A DNA stretch of 64,000 bases from Candidatus Latescibacterota bacterium (GTDB taxonomy: Bacteria > Latescibacterota > UBA2968 > UBA8231): positions 3,040,001-3,104,000 of the forward strand of contig OZ241889.1 of assembly GCA_965203355.1 (NCBI GenBank), written 5' to 3'. Below are positions 49,242 to 58,855 of the stretch, one piece after another; within the stretch, counting starts at the first letter, position 1; the number at the start of each line of letters is the position of its first letter. The position numbers and the translations under genes are program-made. The notes beneath the pieces are model-generated. The model made no database searches. It was given only the letters and a program-made list of their open reading frames with translations, and had not been told where the DNA came from.

Positions 49242-50039
49242 ATGCAGATGAAAACGCACGCAGTGCGCACCCTGTGCTTGACCTTTGCCGCCGCTTGGCT
49301 GTACTGCCCCGGCAAAGGAGTCGCCGAGACCAAAAGCCAATACGGCGGCTTTTCGCACGACAACCTTCAGGTCTTCTACGACTACATTCACGACCAAGAG
49401 ATGATGACGGTCGAGGCCGGACCCCAACTGCGGCAAGCCGTAGAGGCCGTACCTATGGACCGGGATACAGCTATTACCCCCCCGCAAGAAGCCGGGCTAC
49501 GCGACTGGCTCTACGACTTCTTGGTCGCCTTTTCAGTTTCGGGCAACGATAGTCTAGCCGCTACCTTCTATCTACGGGAGAAAATTAAAAACCCGGATCT
49601 AAAGAGCGACATTCCAACACTATTTGAAACGTTCAAAGCCGTACATCAGACAACACTCGCCCAACTAGACCGCGACTACTTTTTTGCAAACGTATCTTTC
49701 TTCGATAGCCAGTTCAGGATATTCACCATGCAGGAACAGTACGATAGCTATCGGTCCTACGCCCGAACCCAAGGTATGCTGCCCCAGGGCCAAAACGCTA
49801 TCATAATCCCATTGCACGAAGAAATCGAAACGCGCCTAGCCGAAGGCGAGCAGATGGTCTTCGCCGACATCATGTTCATCGTCGAAGAGCCAGCGGAATT
49901 CGCCCCATTTGAGGCGGAGAGGCCAAGACGAACCCCGTCCTTTTTCCGGCTGGTGTGGGACCCACAGTGGGCCGTGTGGCGACACGTAGAAGCCTTTTTC
50001 AGTATTGGCGTACCACAATTGTTTCTATTTGGCATGTAA
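49242..50039 (+). CDS. exported protein of unknown function, family A paralog 1
   Basis: N-terminal signal peptide. Shares YGG, LRDWLYDFLVAFS, FYLRE and FFRxxWDP..WRHVE with three downstream paralogs. Confidence 0.75.
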   Translation: MQMKTHAVRTLCLTFAAAWLYCPGKGVAETKSQYGGFSHDNLQVFYDYIHDQEMMTVEAGPQLRQAVEAVPMDRDTAITPPQEAGLRDWLYDFLVAFSVSGNDSLAATFYLREKIKNPDLKSDIPTLFETFKAVHQTTLAQLDRDYFFANVSFFDSQFRIFTMQEQYDSYRSYARTQGMLPQGQNAIIIPLHEEIETRLAEGEQMVFADIMFIVEEPAEFAPFEAERPRRTPSFFRLVWDPQWAVWRHVEAFFSIGVPQLFLFGM

Positions 50040-50167
50040 AGCCTTTACACCTGAGATCGCCGCTGAGTGGACGCAACCCACCTTTAAGCTAACGCTAAAA
50101 GGCCCTAGTCGTCTGAACGGCCGCAGCTTGCCCAGTTCGGCATGACTAACTCAACAGATTCTTGCTT

Positions 50168-50304
50168 CCACTCCCCGGCCGGTGCTCATCTGCGGCGATA
50201 GCGGCACCGGCAAGGACTGGTCGCCGCAGCCATCCCCCGCGCCAGCGACCGCACGGCCGACCCCTTGGCGCGTTGCAACTGCGCGGGTGTGCGACCGCAA
50301 GGGG
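50168..50304 (+). pseudogene. degenerate fragment of the sigma54 activator AAA+ domain
   Basis: ccggtgctcatctgcggcgatagcggcaccggcaagga-ctggtcgccgc...gttgcaactg matches about 47694-47885, with a 1-nt frameshift and an internal deletion. Confidence 0.7.
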
Positions 50305-50334
50305 CCGTCTAATTGCAAACCCGCACCGGCGAGG

Positions 50335-50589
50335 TTACGAAGGCCAGAACCGCAAAATGATATTGAGTAGTGCTAAACCAGTAGATACGGCGATGAGCAA
50401 AGTCCGAACACTGCCTTTGAGGTTGGCGATTTCGGCTTTCAGGTCGCCCTCGGATCGGGCGATTTCGGCCTTCACTTCGCCAATATGAGCCTTCACTTCG
50501 CCAATATGAGCCTGCGTCGCTAGATGATCGTAAACGCCTTCCAGCCTAGCCAGACGCTCTTCGGGAGTTAGAGGTGAGGTATTCGCCAT
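50335..50589 (-). CDS. small coiled-coil protein with C-terminal TM helix, copy 2
   Basis: Near-identical to 48681-48914 with one extra 7-aa heptad (AHIGEVK). Confidence 0.65.
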   Translation of the reverse strand: MANTSPLTPEERLARLEGVYDHLATQAHIGEVKAHIGEVKAEIARSEGDLKAEIANLKGSVRTLLIAVSTGLALLNIILRFWPS

Positions 50590-50681
50590 GTCAATTCTCC
50601 TTTCATTAACAAGGTATTGAACGGCATAGACCCGTCAAAAGAAGCACCGGCATTCTCACCCGCTCCACACCAACAAACCCA

Positions 50682-50740
50682 TGCGATGATTAGTCGCACC
50701 AACGCGATGATTAGACGCACTTGTGCGACATATCATCGCA
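50682..50740. promoter_or_regulatory. three phased palindromic boxes, set B
   Basis: Same three boxes as set A. Confidence 0.75.
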
Positions 50741-50865
50741 CTTTCATGGGGTCAAGCGGTCGCAACAAACGTCTCGACAAAGATTCTCGTTAGTTTTACA
50801 ATCCCTTATATAACAGATAGTTAGATCGATTTTATCGACCTGTTTGCCAACCGTTGGCCCACAAC

Positions 50866-50881
50866 AGGCACGATAATTGCA
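50866..50881 (+). promoter_or_regulatory. sigma54 promoter B
   Basis: AGGCACGATAATTGCA about 50 nt upstream of the ATG at 50931. Confidence 0.75.
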
Positions 50882-50930
50882 AGTAGTGCTAGCAACAATA
50901 CCCTGCACCCCTTGGTGAAAGCAGAACGCC

Positions 50931-53441
50931 ATGCTAGCACAATTCAACAAAAAGCTGTGGGATTGGTTCGCCGCTTGGAACGCCTCTCTGACCAAAATGG
51001 AGCGGGAGGCCACCCTCCAACGCGCCGAGCACCGCCTCCTCGTCTTCTTTCACGGCTACAGTTTGGCCCACGTGATTCGCCCGCTGGTGATCGCCCGTAC
51101 GCTGCGCCAGCGCGGATACGAGGTCGTCTTTGCCGGGCGCGGGCCGCACGCCGAGCGCATTACAGCCGAAGGCTTTGCCCTCTACGACGTCGAGACCATG
51201 CCGCAACAGCGCATGGACGAACACCTAGCCCGGGGCGTGTACGCCTATTACGATGACGCTTGGATCAGGCGCTGCGTCGAGGCCGAACAAGCGCTCGTGC
51301 GCCAAGTGCAACCTTCTTTGCTCATCGGCGATTTGCGTCCCACCTTGCGGATAACCGCCGCCTTGGAGAGCATCGACATCGCCCTTATAGACGCGGCCTA
51401 CAACCAGCCCGGCTACGCCCACCCTATGCGCCTGCCTGACTACTTTTCGGTGCAAGCCGGTCGTTTTGACGACTACCTAGCCCAGCACTTCGCTCCGACG
51501 CAGCCCCACCGCAGCGCGTTCCTGATGGCCGACGTGCCCGAATTCCATCCGCCGGCCGGTGCCGTGCCGCCCTCCTACTATTACGTCGGTCCGCTCATCG
51601 AAGACGCGCCCCTAGCCGACGAACCGCCCGCGGCCCTGGCCGACGCTGGCTGGGATACCTCGTTGCCCCTCATCTACTTCAATGCGGGCAGTACCGGCGT
51701 AGAGGACCGCTTCTTGCCCGCGGTCTTGCGGGCCTTGGCCTCCTGGCCCTGCCGCCTGCTGATCACCACGGCCGGCCGCTATGCTGTGACCGCGCCGTCG
51801 GCCAACGTGCGGATCGTCGATTACCTACCCGCCCGCTTGATCATGCGCCAAGCCGCGCTCTTCATCGGCATTGGCGGCATTGGCTCTATCTACCACGCGC
51901 TGGCCGAGGGCGTGCCGATCATAGGAGCACCCGAACACCTCGATCAAGAATATCACCTCAACCGAGTGCGCGACCTCGGCCTCGGCCTGAAACTATCGCG
52001 TCATCGCTTTGCCCAGGCCGAAGCCCTGGCCGAGCAGGTGCGCTACCTGTTCGACCACTACGAGGAATTCAGCACCCGCTGTACGGCCTTTGCCAAGCAC
52101 CTGTCCGCCTATAAGGGCGGAGACCGCGCAGCCGATGTGATCGATGCGCTGATTTATTCCAACGCCCCGATTGAGCCGGACAACCTAGTGTCAGAGGACG
52201 AATTCATCCGCCACCTTTACCCCCTGACCACCACCTCTTCCCGGCCGACCCTCCGCGCCCTACTCGCCGAGGCGCGCCAGCGGGGCCTACCCCACGTGCA
52301 GCGGGGGCGGCTGGTGTGGTATGACAAACATAGCTCGTGGAACTGGCTCTACGACCACGAGCCGCGCTTCTTCGAGTTGGATTACCAAATGCGGGAGAAG
52401 ATGCGGGCGCCTTTTCTGGCGCATCGCAACGGCAAGCTAAAGGCGCATCAGTCCAGCCAGCGCTACCGATTGACCTACACCTACAAGGCGCAGGTGGCCG
52501 CCTGCAAGACCACTGGACCGGCGCGGCTGTTTCTGCCCTATCCGCTGCATCGGCCCCAGCAGCCGGTCGTCGAGTTGCTCGACTGCAATCCGGGCGCGTT
52601 GCGGCCTTATCTGGCACCCCACGCCGGCTTCTTCTACGCCTACCCCTGCTCTATTGAGCCAGCCGCTGAGACGCTAGCGTTCTCGTATGCCTGCGAAGTT
52701 GAAGTCCGCAGTCTGCCGCTAAAAGAGCACACTCCGGCGTCGCTGACGCCTAGCGAGTACCGCCACTACACCGCCGTAGAGGACTCCTTGGGCCGGTCGC
52801 GGCGGGTGCGAGACGTCCTCGCCGACTTGCATCTCGACGCACCGGGCCTGAGCAATGTCGATAAGGCGCGTCGTCTGTACGAGCGTTTGGTCCGCAGCAA
52901 ACGCTTCCAGAAAACCAACGAAAAGTGTCAATGCTTGGCGTGTAGCACGGGTATCGCGCTCGGCGCCGAGGGGGTCCACTGCATTACCCTGAGCCGCACC
53001 TACATCGCCCTGTGCCGCTTGTTGGGCATACCCGCCCGCGAGGTGACCGGTGGCCTAGCCGTAGCCCCCCAAGGGCCGGACCGCTATGGCATTAGCACGT
53101 ACGACACGCCCATCTTCGGCCACACGTGGGTCGAGCTGTACACGCGGGAGACCGGCTGGTTGCCAGTGGAATTTCACGGGATCGCCCTCAGCCGCCAGGC
53201 CATGACCGCGGACAACGTCGCCGATTCCTGGTTGCGCCAGCGCATTGAAAAGCACAGCGAGGCGTTTGTCGAATACTACTTTGGCCACCTAGACTGCCAC
53301 CGGGTGGTGTGTTCCCAGTCGGTTTTGGACATCCCGCAACTCATGGTCCCCAACCCCAACGCCGCGACCAACCCCAACCGGCCGCTGATCCCGCCCGAGG
53401 GCCTGCACTACGAATGCCATTTGACCCTTGAACGCCAGTAA
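50931..53441 (+). CDS. GT-B (UDP-glycosyltransferase-like) fused to a transglutaminase-like domain
   Basis: N-half: HGYSLAHV and GIGGIGSIYHALAEGVPIIGAPEHLDQ (UDPGT-like signature). C-half: GVHCITLS...ALCRLLGIPAR.V.G...GHTWVE...GWLPVE (transglutaminase core). Confidence 0.8.
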   Translation: MLAQFNKKLWDWFAAWNASLTKMEREATLQRAEHRLLVFFHGYSLAHVIRPLVIARTLRQRGYEVVFAGRGPHAERITAEGFALYDVETMPQQRMDEHLARGVYAYYDDAWIRRCVEAEQALVRQVQPSLLIGDLRPTLRITAALESIDIALIDAAYNQPGYAHPMRLPDYFSVQAGRFDDYLAQHFAPTQPHRSAFLMADVPEFHPPAGAVPPSYYYVGPLIEDAPLADEPPAALADAGWDTSLPLIYFNAGSTGVEDRFLPAVLRALASWPCRLLITTAGRYAVTAPSANVRIVDYLPARLIMRQAALFIGIGGIGSIYHALAEGVPIIGAPEHLDQEYHLNRVRDLGLGLKLSRHRFAQAEALAEQVRYLFDHYEEFSTRCTAFAKHLSAYKGGDRAADVIDALIYSNAPIEPDNLVSEDEFIRHLYPLTTTSSRPTLRALLAEARQRGLPHVQRGRLVWYDKHSSWNWLYDHEPRFFELDYQMREKMRAPFLAHRNGKLKAHQSSQRYRLTYTYKAQVAACKTTGPARLFLPYPLHRPQQPVVELLDCNPGALRPYLAPHAGFFYAYPCSIEPAAETLAFSYACEVEVRSLPLKEHTPASLTPSEYRHYTAVEDSLGRSRRVRDVLADLHLDAPGLSNVDKARRLYERLVRSKRFQKTNEKCQCLACSTGIALGAEGVHCITLSRTYIALCRLLGIPAREVTGGLAVAPQGPDRYGISTYDTPIFGHTWVELYTRETGWLPVEFHGIALSRQAMTADNVADSWLRQRIEKHSEAFVEYYFGHLDCHRVVCSQSVLDIPQLMVPNPNAATNPNRPLIPPEGLHYECHLTLERQ

Positions 53442-53451
53442 GGAGGGCGCC

Positions 53452-54528
53452 ATGAGCATCGATATTTCCGTCGTCATTGCCACCCACAACCAACAAGCTC
53501 GTCTGCGCTTGGTGTTGTGCGGCTTGGCCGGCCAGCACTTTCCCCAGGAGCGTTTTGAGATCATCATCGTCGATGACGGCTGCACCGATGGGACGGACGC
53601 CATGCTGGCCGCTGAATATCCCGAGGTACACGTGGTGTCGATGCGGCCCAATGTGGGGCGCTGCCGAGCGCGCAACGCCGGTGTCGAACAGGCGCGGGGT
53701 CCGCTCGTGGCCTTTCTCGACGGCGACGCCTTGCCGCATCCGACTTGGTTGAAGCACCTATGGGCCGCGTGGGAACAAGGGGCGCGCCAGCGCTACTTGT
53801 GCGGCTTCATGTATAGCCTGCCCCTCATTGAGTATCTGCCCGACCCGCAGCAGGCCGTCTTTGACGCAGCGCGCACGCCGAGCGTGTTGGCCGACTTCCT
53901 GCGGATCAATCAGCAACAGGTGCTGATTACCGAAGACCAAATCCGCCGCGACTTTGCCAGCATCCACGCCCGCGCCCAAGAAGGCGGCTATCCCTTTGAC
54001 GAACTGAAGGCCATGCAGGATCAGGTCGTCGAGCTGTACTCCGCCCATCCCGATTCGCCGCTGGGCTTTCTCGGCTTCTATCCGCACAACAGCGCGGTGC
54101 CGCGCCAAGCCTTCGGCGAGGTGGGCGGCTTTGCGGCGGACATTCCGTTTTCCGAGGGGTGGGATCTGGCCTATCGGTTGCAGCACGCTGGGGTCGGCCC
54201 GGGCTTTGCCCGCCAAGCCCGGACGTATCATTTGTATCACTATCACGAGTTTTCCGACCCGAGCAAACTCGCCGACGAGCAGCGCACCCGGGTGCAAGCC
54301 ATCGCCTATATGGCTCGGGAAAACCGCGACCCCAAGCTGTGGTTAATCGAGCTGTGGCGGGCGGGCATCTGGCCCGATCCGCTGCTGCCCGACGAATTAG
54401 TCTTGCGCGACCTCTTGCACTTTCACGAGCGTTATGACAAGGTGCAGCCCGACGAGATAGCCGAGTTAGAAGCCCTGCTGATGCGCCATCCGGCTTGGGC
54501 AACCGAGCCATGCGCCTTGCACCCATAA
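53452..54528 (+). CDS. glycosyltransferase family 2
   Basis: SVVIATHN, IIVDDGCTD, ARNAG, FLDGD, EGWDLAYRL. AGGAGG RBS. Confidence 0.88.
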   Translation: MSIDISVVIATHNQQARLRLVLCGLAGQHFPQERFEIIIVDDGCTDGTDAMLAAEYPEVHVVSMRPNVGRCRARNAGVEQARGPLVAFLDGDALPHPTWLKHLWAAWEQGARQRYLCGFMYSLPLIEYLPDPQQAVFDAARTPSVLADFLRINQQQVLITEDQIRRDFASIHARAQEGGYPFDELKAMQDQVVELYSAHPDSPLGFLGFYPHNSAVPRQAFGEVGGFAADIPFSEGWDLAYRLQHAGVGPGFARQARTYHLYHYHEFSDPSKLADEQRTRVQAIAYMARENRDPKLWLIELWRAGIWPDPLLPDELVLRDLLHFHERYDKVQPDEIAELEALLMRHPAWATEPCALHP

Positions 54529-54542
54529 ATAGGAGCCACCCC

Positions 54543-56168
54543 ATGATAGGCATTGTGTTCAAAAAAGAGATGCTCAGCCACCTGCTGAGTCAGCGCTTCG
54601 CCGCCTGCACGGCCCTCGCCGTGATACTCATCATCGCCAACGGCATGCTGACCAGCCAAGCCTATGTCCACAAAAAGGCCAGTTACCTAACCCAACGCGC
54701 CGTCGAGGAAGCCAAACTGCCCGAAATCACCTACTATTCAGTCTTAGGCTCAGACTTCGACAACTCCGACAAGTCCCCACTCCTCGACGATGCGACCCCG
54801 CGTGCGCTACGGCCTCCGCGGCCCCTCGCGGTGTTTGCCGAAGGCGTCGAACCCGAAGTTGGGCACGCCGTCAAGGTCCTGCTCTTTGAGGTGCCCCACC
54901 AAACCGAGGCCATTGTCCCCTTCCAGTCAAAAAACCCCTATCTCAACATCTTCGCCTCCTTCGACACCTTGTACATCTTCCAACTCGTGCTGGGGCTGCT
55001 GGCCATCCTCATCGCCAGCGAGACCGTCTCCGGCGAGAAGGAAGCCGGCACCCTGCGCCTGATGCTGACCACCAACGTCAGCCGCGCCCAAGTCCTCGCG
55101 GGCAAGCTGCTGGCCGGCCTGACCACCTTGGCCATTCCCGCGGCCTTGGGCTTTATCCTGCTGACGATCTTGCTGTTGGGCACCGAGCAGATTGAAGTTG
55201 GGCTGGACGTGTGGCTGCGGTTGGGGTTGTTGTTCGCGCTGTCGCTCTTGTATCTGCTGGTGTTCTATCTGATTGGACTGGTCATCTCCTGCGCGACGCA
55301 CCGCTCGGCGACCAGTTTGATTTACGCGCTGTTTATGTGGGCGGTGCTGGCGATTGTGCTGCCCGACAGCATCACGGCTTGGCTCAACGAACAGGCTAAC
55401 ATGGGTGAAAAGTACAAGCAGGCGCACCATCGCGCCGCGCAAGTATGGGATAAGTTCGATCAAGAGGTCCTTGACCTCGTGCGGGCGCACGGCCCAACCC
55501 CGACGACCAAAGCGGCTGGCGAAGACGATATGACCCTTGGCCCCGGCCAGAACCGGTATCCTCCCATACACATGCTCGAACGGTTCAAGCACCCGCGCTA
55601 CGGAGCCAAAAGTGTCTTTGGAGGACCTGGCGTATACCATAGAAAAAAAGAGCAGCGGCCCACGTTCTATTTATCTAGTATCGTCGATACGCCGGCCCTG
55701 GCCGAGTTCCAAGCCATCCTCCGCACCGGCGAGCGACTGCGCCTGAAATACGCCCAACCCGCTTGGAACGCCAAAGCACCCCTGATCGAAGACGACCCCC
55801 GACGCATCCAACGATGGAATACCTACCTCCAACGCCTCCTGCCCGCCGGAGCCTATGCCCAAGCCGCCAGTGCATTCGCCGGCACCAGCCGACGCGAATA
55901 CTACGACTTTATCGACCAAGTACGCGCCTATCGCGGGCAGATTATCACCTTTCTCGAAGAGCGCGATGCCTTTGGCTCCCGCGAGTGGTTCAACGACGAC
56001 GATGGCTGGCGCGCCGACCTGCGCGACCTGCCGAGATTTAACGAGCGCGGCTGGACCGTCGGCCAAAGTCTGAGCCACGCCTGGCCGGACTTAACCGCCC
56101 TATTGCTGTATGCGGTCAGCCTCTTTGTTCTGGCCAACCGACTCTTTGCCCGATACGACGCCCAGTGA
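54543..56168 (+). CDS. ABC-2-type permease with large extracytoplasmic loops, copy 1
   Basis: IVFKKE, SGEKEAGTLRLML...SR..VLAGK motif and multiple TM helices. AGGAG RBS. Confidence 0.85.
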   Translation: MIGIVFKKEMLSHLLSQRFAACTALAVILIIANGMLTSQAYVHKKASYLTQRAVEEAKLPEITYYSVLGSDFDNSDKSPLLDDATPRALRPPRPLAVFAEGVEPEVGHAVKVLLFEVPHQTEAIVPFQSKNPYLNIFASFDTLYIFQLVLGLLAILIASETVSGEKEAGTLRLMLTTNVSRAQVLAGKLLAGLTTLAIPAALGFILLTILLLGTEQIEVGLDVWLRLGLLFALSLLYLLVFYLIGLVISCATHRSATSLIYALFMWAVLAIVLPDSITAWLNEQANMGEKYKQAHHRAAQVWDKFDQEVLDLVRAHGPTPTTKAAGEDDMTLGPGQNRYPPIHMLERFKHPRYGAKSVFGGPGVYHRKKEQRPTFYLSSIVDTPALAEFQAILRTGERLRLKYAQPAWNAKAPLIEDDPRRIQRWNTYLQRLLPAGAYAQAASAFAGTSRREYYDFIDQVRAYRGQIITFLEERDAFGSREWFNDDDGWRADLRDLPRFNERGWTVGQSLSHAWPDLTALLLYAVSLFVLANRLFARYDAQ

Positions 56169-56186
56169 GCGGAATCCTATAACCAT

Positions 56187-56220
56187 AAAGCGGGCAGCCG
56201 GTCTATGGCTGCCCGCTTTT
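56187..56220 (+). terminator. intrinsic terminator after permease 1
   Basis: aaagcgggcagcc-ggtctat-ggctgcccgctttt. Confidence 0.7.
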
Positions 56221-56311
56221 GTGTACCCGGCCACCCCGTTCCCGACACGCCAAGTAGCAAAGCCCGTCCCCGGCAAGGGCGGCCGGCTAGCGGAACCCGA
56301 CCGGCGCATCA

Positions 56312-56371
56312 TGCGATGTTTAGACGCACTAAGCGCGATATTTAGACGCACTTGTGCGATGTATTGTCGCA
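56312..56371. promoter_or_regulatory. three phased palindromic boxes, set C
   Basis: TGCGATGTTTAGACGCA, CGCGATATTTAGACGCA, TGCGATGTATTGTCGCA with 22 and 21 bp spacing. Confidence 0.75.
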
Positions 56372-56503
56372 TTTTTAGGCTGTCAAAGGACCGGGCAAGA
56401 AGCACGAGAGACGATGGTAAAATTTATTTCACCTTCCATAAACTACTATTTAACAATATGTTAGGATTTCAACGCGGCGCGATTGTCGTCCACTGGCAAC
56501 GCC

Positions 56504-56520
56504 TTGGCACGATGTTTGCA
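56504..56520 (+). promoter_or_regulatory. sigma54 promoter C (peptide 1)
   Basis: TTGGCACGATGTTTGCA matches the consensus TGGCAC-N5-TTGC. Confidence 0.85.
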
Positions 56521-56660
56521 TTATATCGTACCGAAGCAAGAAACTTCACACTCATCCGCAGGGGCAGAAAGGAGGGAACGCTTCAACACATCGTCTCAAG
56601 TGCTTCACCCCGGCGATCACCGCCTTGACCACTCAGCAAGCCAGAGCAAAGGAGAGCATC

Positions 56661-56843
56661 ATGAAAAAGCGCATCATCAGCTTAACCATTGGCCTCACGG
56701 CCTTTATCGCCAGTTTCCTGCCGCAGAAGGCCGAAGCCTTTTGGTGCGAAGCCAATTGCGATAACGGTTGGTGCTTCGCAATCGGTCCGAACTATAAGTG
56801 CGATTGCGACGCAGACGGGAACGCGGTATGCACTCTCGCCTAA
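56661..56843 (+). CDS. secreted 6-Cys peptide precursor 1
   Basis: AAGGAG RBS. MKKRIISLTIGLTAFIASFLPQKAEA|FWCEANCDNGWCFAIGPNYKCDCDADGNAVCTLA. Confidence 0.8.
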   Translation: MKKRIISLTIGLTAFIASFLPQKAEAFWCEANCDNGWCFAIGPNYKCDCDADGNAVCTLA

Positions 56844-56936
56844 CCAGCCTTCAGGAGCGGCTGGCCTAAGCCACTCAACCCCCAACCCAACGCGCCCCGG
56901 AATAGTCGCTTAAACGCCGCTATTCCGGGGTGACCT

Positions 56937-57100
56937 ATGGCGGGCGGGTATCTGGCCAGATCCGCTTCTGCCCGCCGAATTAGTCTTGCGACTTTCACGA
57001 GCGTTATGGCAAAGTGCAGCCCGACGAGGTAGCCGAGCTAGAAGCCCTGCTGACGCGGCATCCGGCTTGGGCAACCGAGCCATGCGCCTTGCACCCATAA
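56937..57100 (+). pseudogene. duplicated 3' remnant of the GT2 gene
   Basis: Matches about 54355-54528 with a small deletion and marks the start of repeat unit 2. A shorter remnant lies at about 60001-60104. Confidence 0.7.
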
Positions 57101-57114
57101 ATAGGAGCCGATCC

Positions 57115-58752
57115 ATGATAGGCATTGTGTTCAAAAAAGAGATGCTCAGCCACCTGCTGAGTCAGCGCTTCGCCGCCTGCACCGCCCTCGCCGTGGTGCT
57201 CATCATCGCCAACGGCATGCTGACCAGCCAAGCCTATGTCCACAAAAAGGCCAGTTACCTAACCCAACGCGCCGTCGAGGAAGCCAAACTGCCCGAAATC
57301 ACCTACTATGCGGTCCTAGGCTCAGACAAGAACAGCTCCAGCAAGTCGCCACTCGAGGACGATGCGACCCCGCGTGCGCTACGGCCTCCGCGGCCCCTCG
57401 CGGTGTTTGCCGAAGGCGTCGAACCCGAAGTTGGGCACGCCGTCAAGGTCCTGCTCTTTGAGGTGCCCCACCAAACCGAGGCCATTGTCCCCTTCCAGTC
57501 AAAAAACCCCTATCTCAACATCTTCGCCTCCTTCGACACCTTGTACATCTTCCAACTCGTGCTGGGGCTGCTGGCCATCCTCATCGCCAGCGAGACCGTC
57601 TCCGGCGAGAAGGAAGACGGCACCCTGCGCCTGATGCTGACCACTAACGTCAGCCGCGCCCAAGTCCTCGCGGGCAAGCTGCTGGCCGGCCTGACCACCT
57701 TGGCCATTCCCGCAGCCTTGGGCTTTATCCTGCTGACGATCTTGCTGTTGGGCACCGAGCAGATTGAAGTTGGGCTGGACGTGTGGCTACGGTTGGGGCT
57801 GCTGTTCGCGCTGTCGCTTTTGTATCTGCTGGTGTTCTATCTGATTGGACTGGTCATCTCCTGCGCGACGCACCGCTCGGCGACCAGTTTGATTTACGCG
57901 CTGTTTATGTGGGCGGTGCTGGCGATTGTGCTGCCCGACAGCATCACGGCCTGGCTCAACGAACAGGCCAACATGGGTGAAAAGTACAAGCAGGCGCACC
58001 ACCGCGCCGCGCAAATATGGGATAAGTTCGATCAGGAGGTCCTTGACCTCACGCGGGCGCAGGGCCCAACCCCGACGACCAAAGCGGCTGGCGAGGACGA
58101 TATGACCCTTGGCCCCATGGGGATGTTCGGCCAGAATCGGTATCCTCCCATACACATGCTCGAACGGTTCATACAACCCCGCTACGGAGCCGCAACCACC
58201 GTTGTAACCCATGGCATATACTATTTAAGAAATGGGCAGAAGCCACGGATTTATCTCTCTGGTATCGTCGATACGCCGGCCCTGGCCGAGTTCCAAGCCA
58301 TCATCCGCACCGGCGAGCGGCTGCGCCTGAAATACGCCCAACCCGCTTGGAACGCCAAAGCACCCCTCATCGAAGACGACCCCCGACGCATCCAACGATG
58401 GAATACCTACCTACAACGCCTCCTGCCCGCCGGAGCCTATGCCCAAGCCGCCAGTGCATTCGCCGGCACCAGCCGACGCGAATACTACGACTTTATCGAC
58501 CAAGTTCGCACCTATCGCGGGCAGATTATCACTTTTCTCGAAGAGCGCGATGCCTTTGGCTCCCGCGAGTGGTTCAACGACGACGACGGCTGGCGGGCCG
58601 ACCTACGCGACCTGCCGCGATTTAACGAGCGCGGCTGGACCGTCGGCCAAAGTCTGAGCCACGCCTGGCCGGACTTAACCGCCCTATTGCTGTATGCCGT
58701 CGGCCTCTTTGTCTTGGCCAACCGACTCTTTGCCCGCTACGACGCCCAGTGA
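57115..58752 (+). CDS. ABC-2-type permease, copy 2
   Basis: Near-identical to copy 1 except in two loop windows. Confidence 0.85.
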   Translation: MIGIVFKKEMLSHLLSQRFAACTALAVVLIIANGMLTSQAYVHKKASYLTQRAVEEAKLPEITYYAVLGSDKNSSSKSPLEDDATPRALRPPRPLAVFAEGVEPEVGHAVKVLLFEVPHQTEAIVPFQSKNPYLNIFASFDTLYIFQLVLGLLAILIASETVSGEKEDGTLRLMLTTNVSRAQVLAGKLLAGLTTLAIPAALGFILLTILLLGTEQIEVGLDVWLRLGLLFALSLLYLLVFYLIGLVISCATHRSATSLIYALFMWAVLAIVLPDSITAWLNEQANMGEKYKQAHHRAAQIWDKFDQEVLDLTRAQGPTPTTKAAGEDDMTLGPMGMFGQNRYPPIHMLERFIQPRYGAATTVVTHGIYYLRNGQKPRIYLSGIVDTPALAEFQAIIRTGERLRLKYAQPAWNAKAPLIEDDPRRIQRWNTYLQRLLPAGAYAQAASAFAGTSRREYYDFIDQVRTYRGQIITFLEERDAFGSREWFNDDDGWRADLRDLPRFNERGWTVGQSLSHAWPDLTALLLYAVGLFVLANRLFARYDAQ

Positions 58753-58855
58753 GCGGAGGCAGAAAGGAGGGAACGCTTCAACACATCGTCTCAAGTGCTT
58801 CACCCCGGCGATCACCGCCTTGACCACTCAGCAAGCCAGAGCAAAGGAGAGCATC

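Noticed and set aside
56110-56628. 172-aa ORF and its 186-aa counterpart at 61698-62258
   Set aside because: They span terminator, activator boxes and sigma54 promoter, have no protein-like features, and the region is deleted in unit 2.
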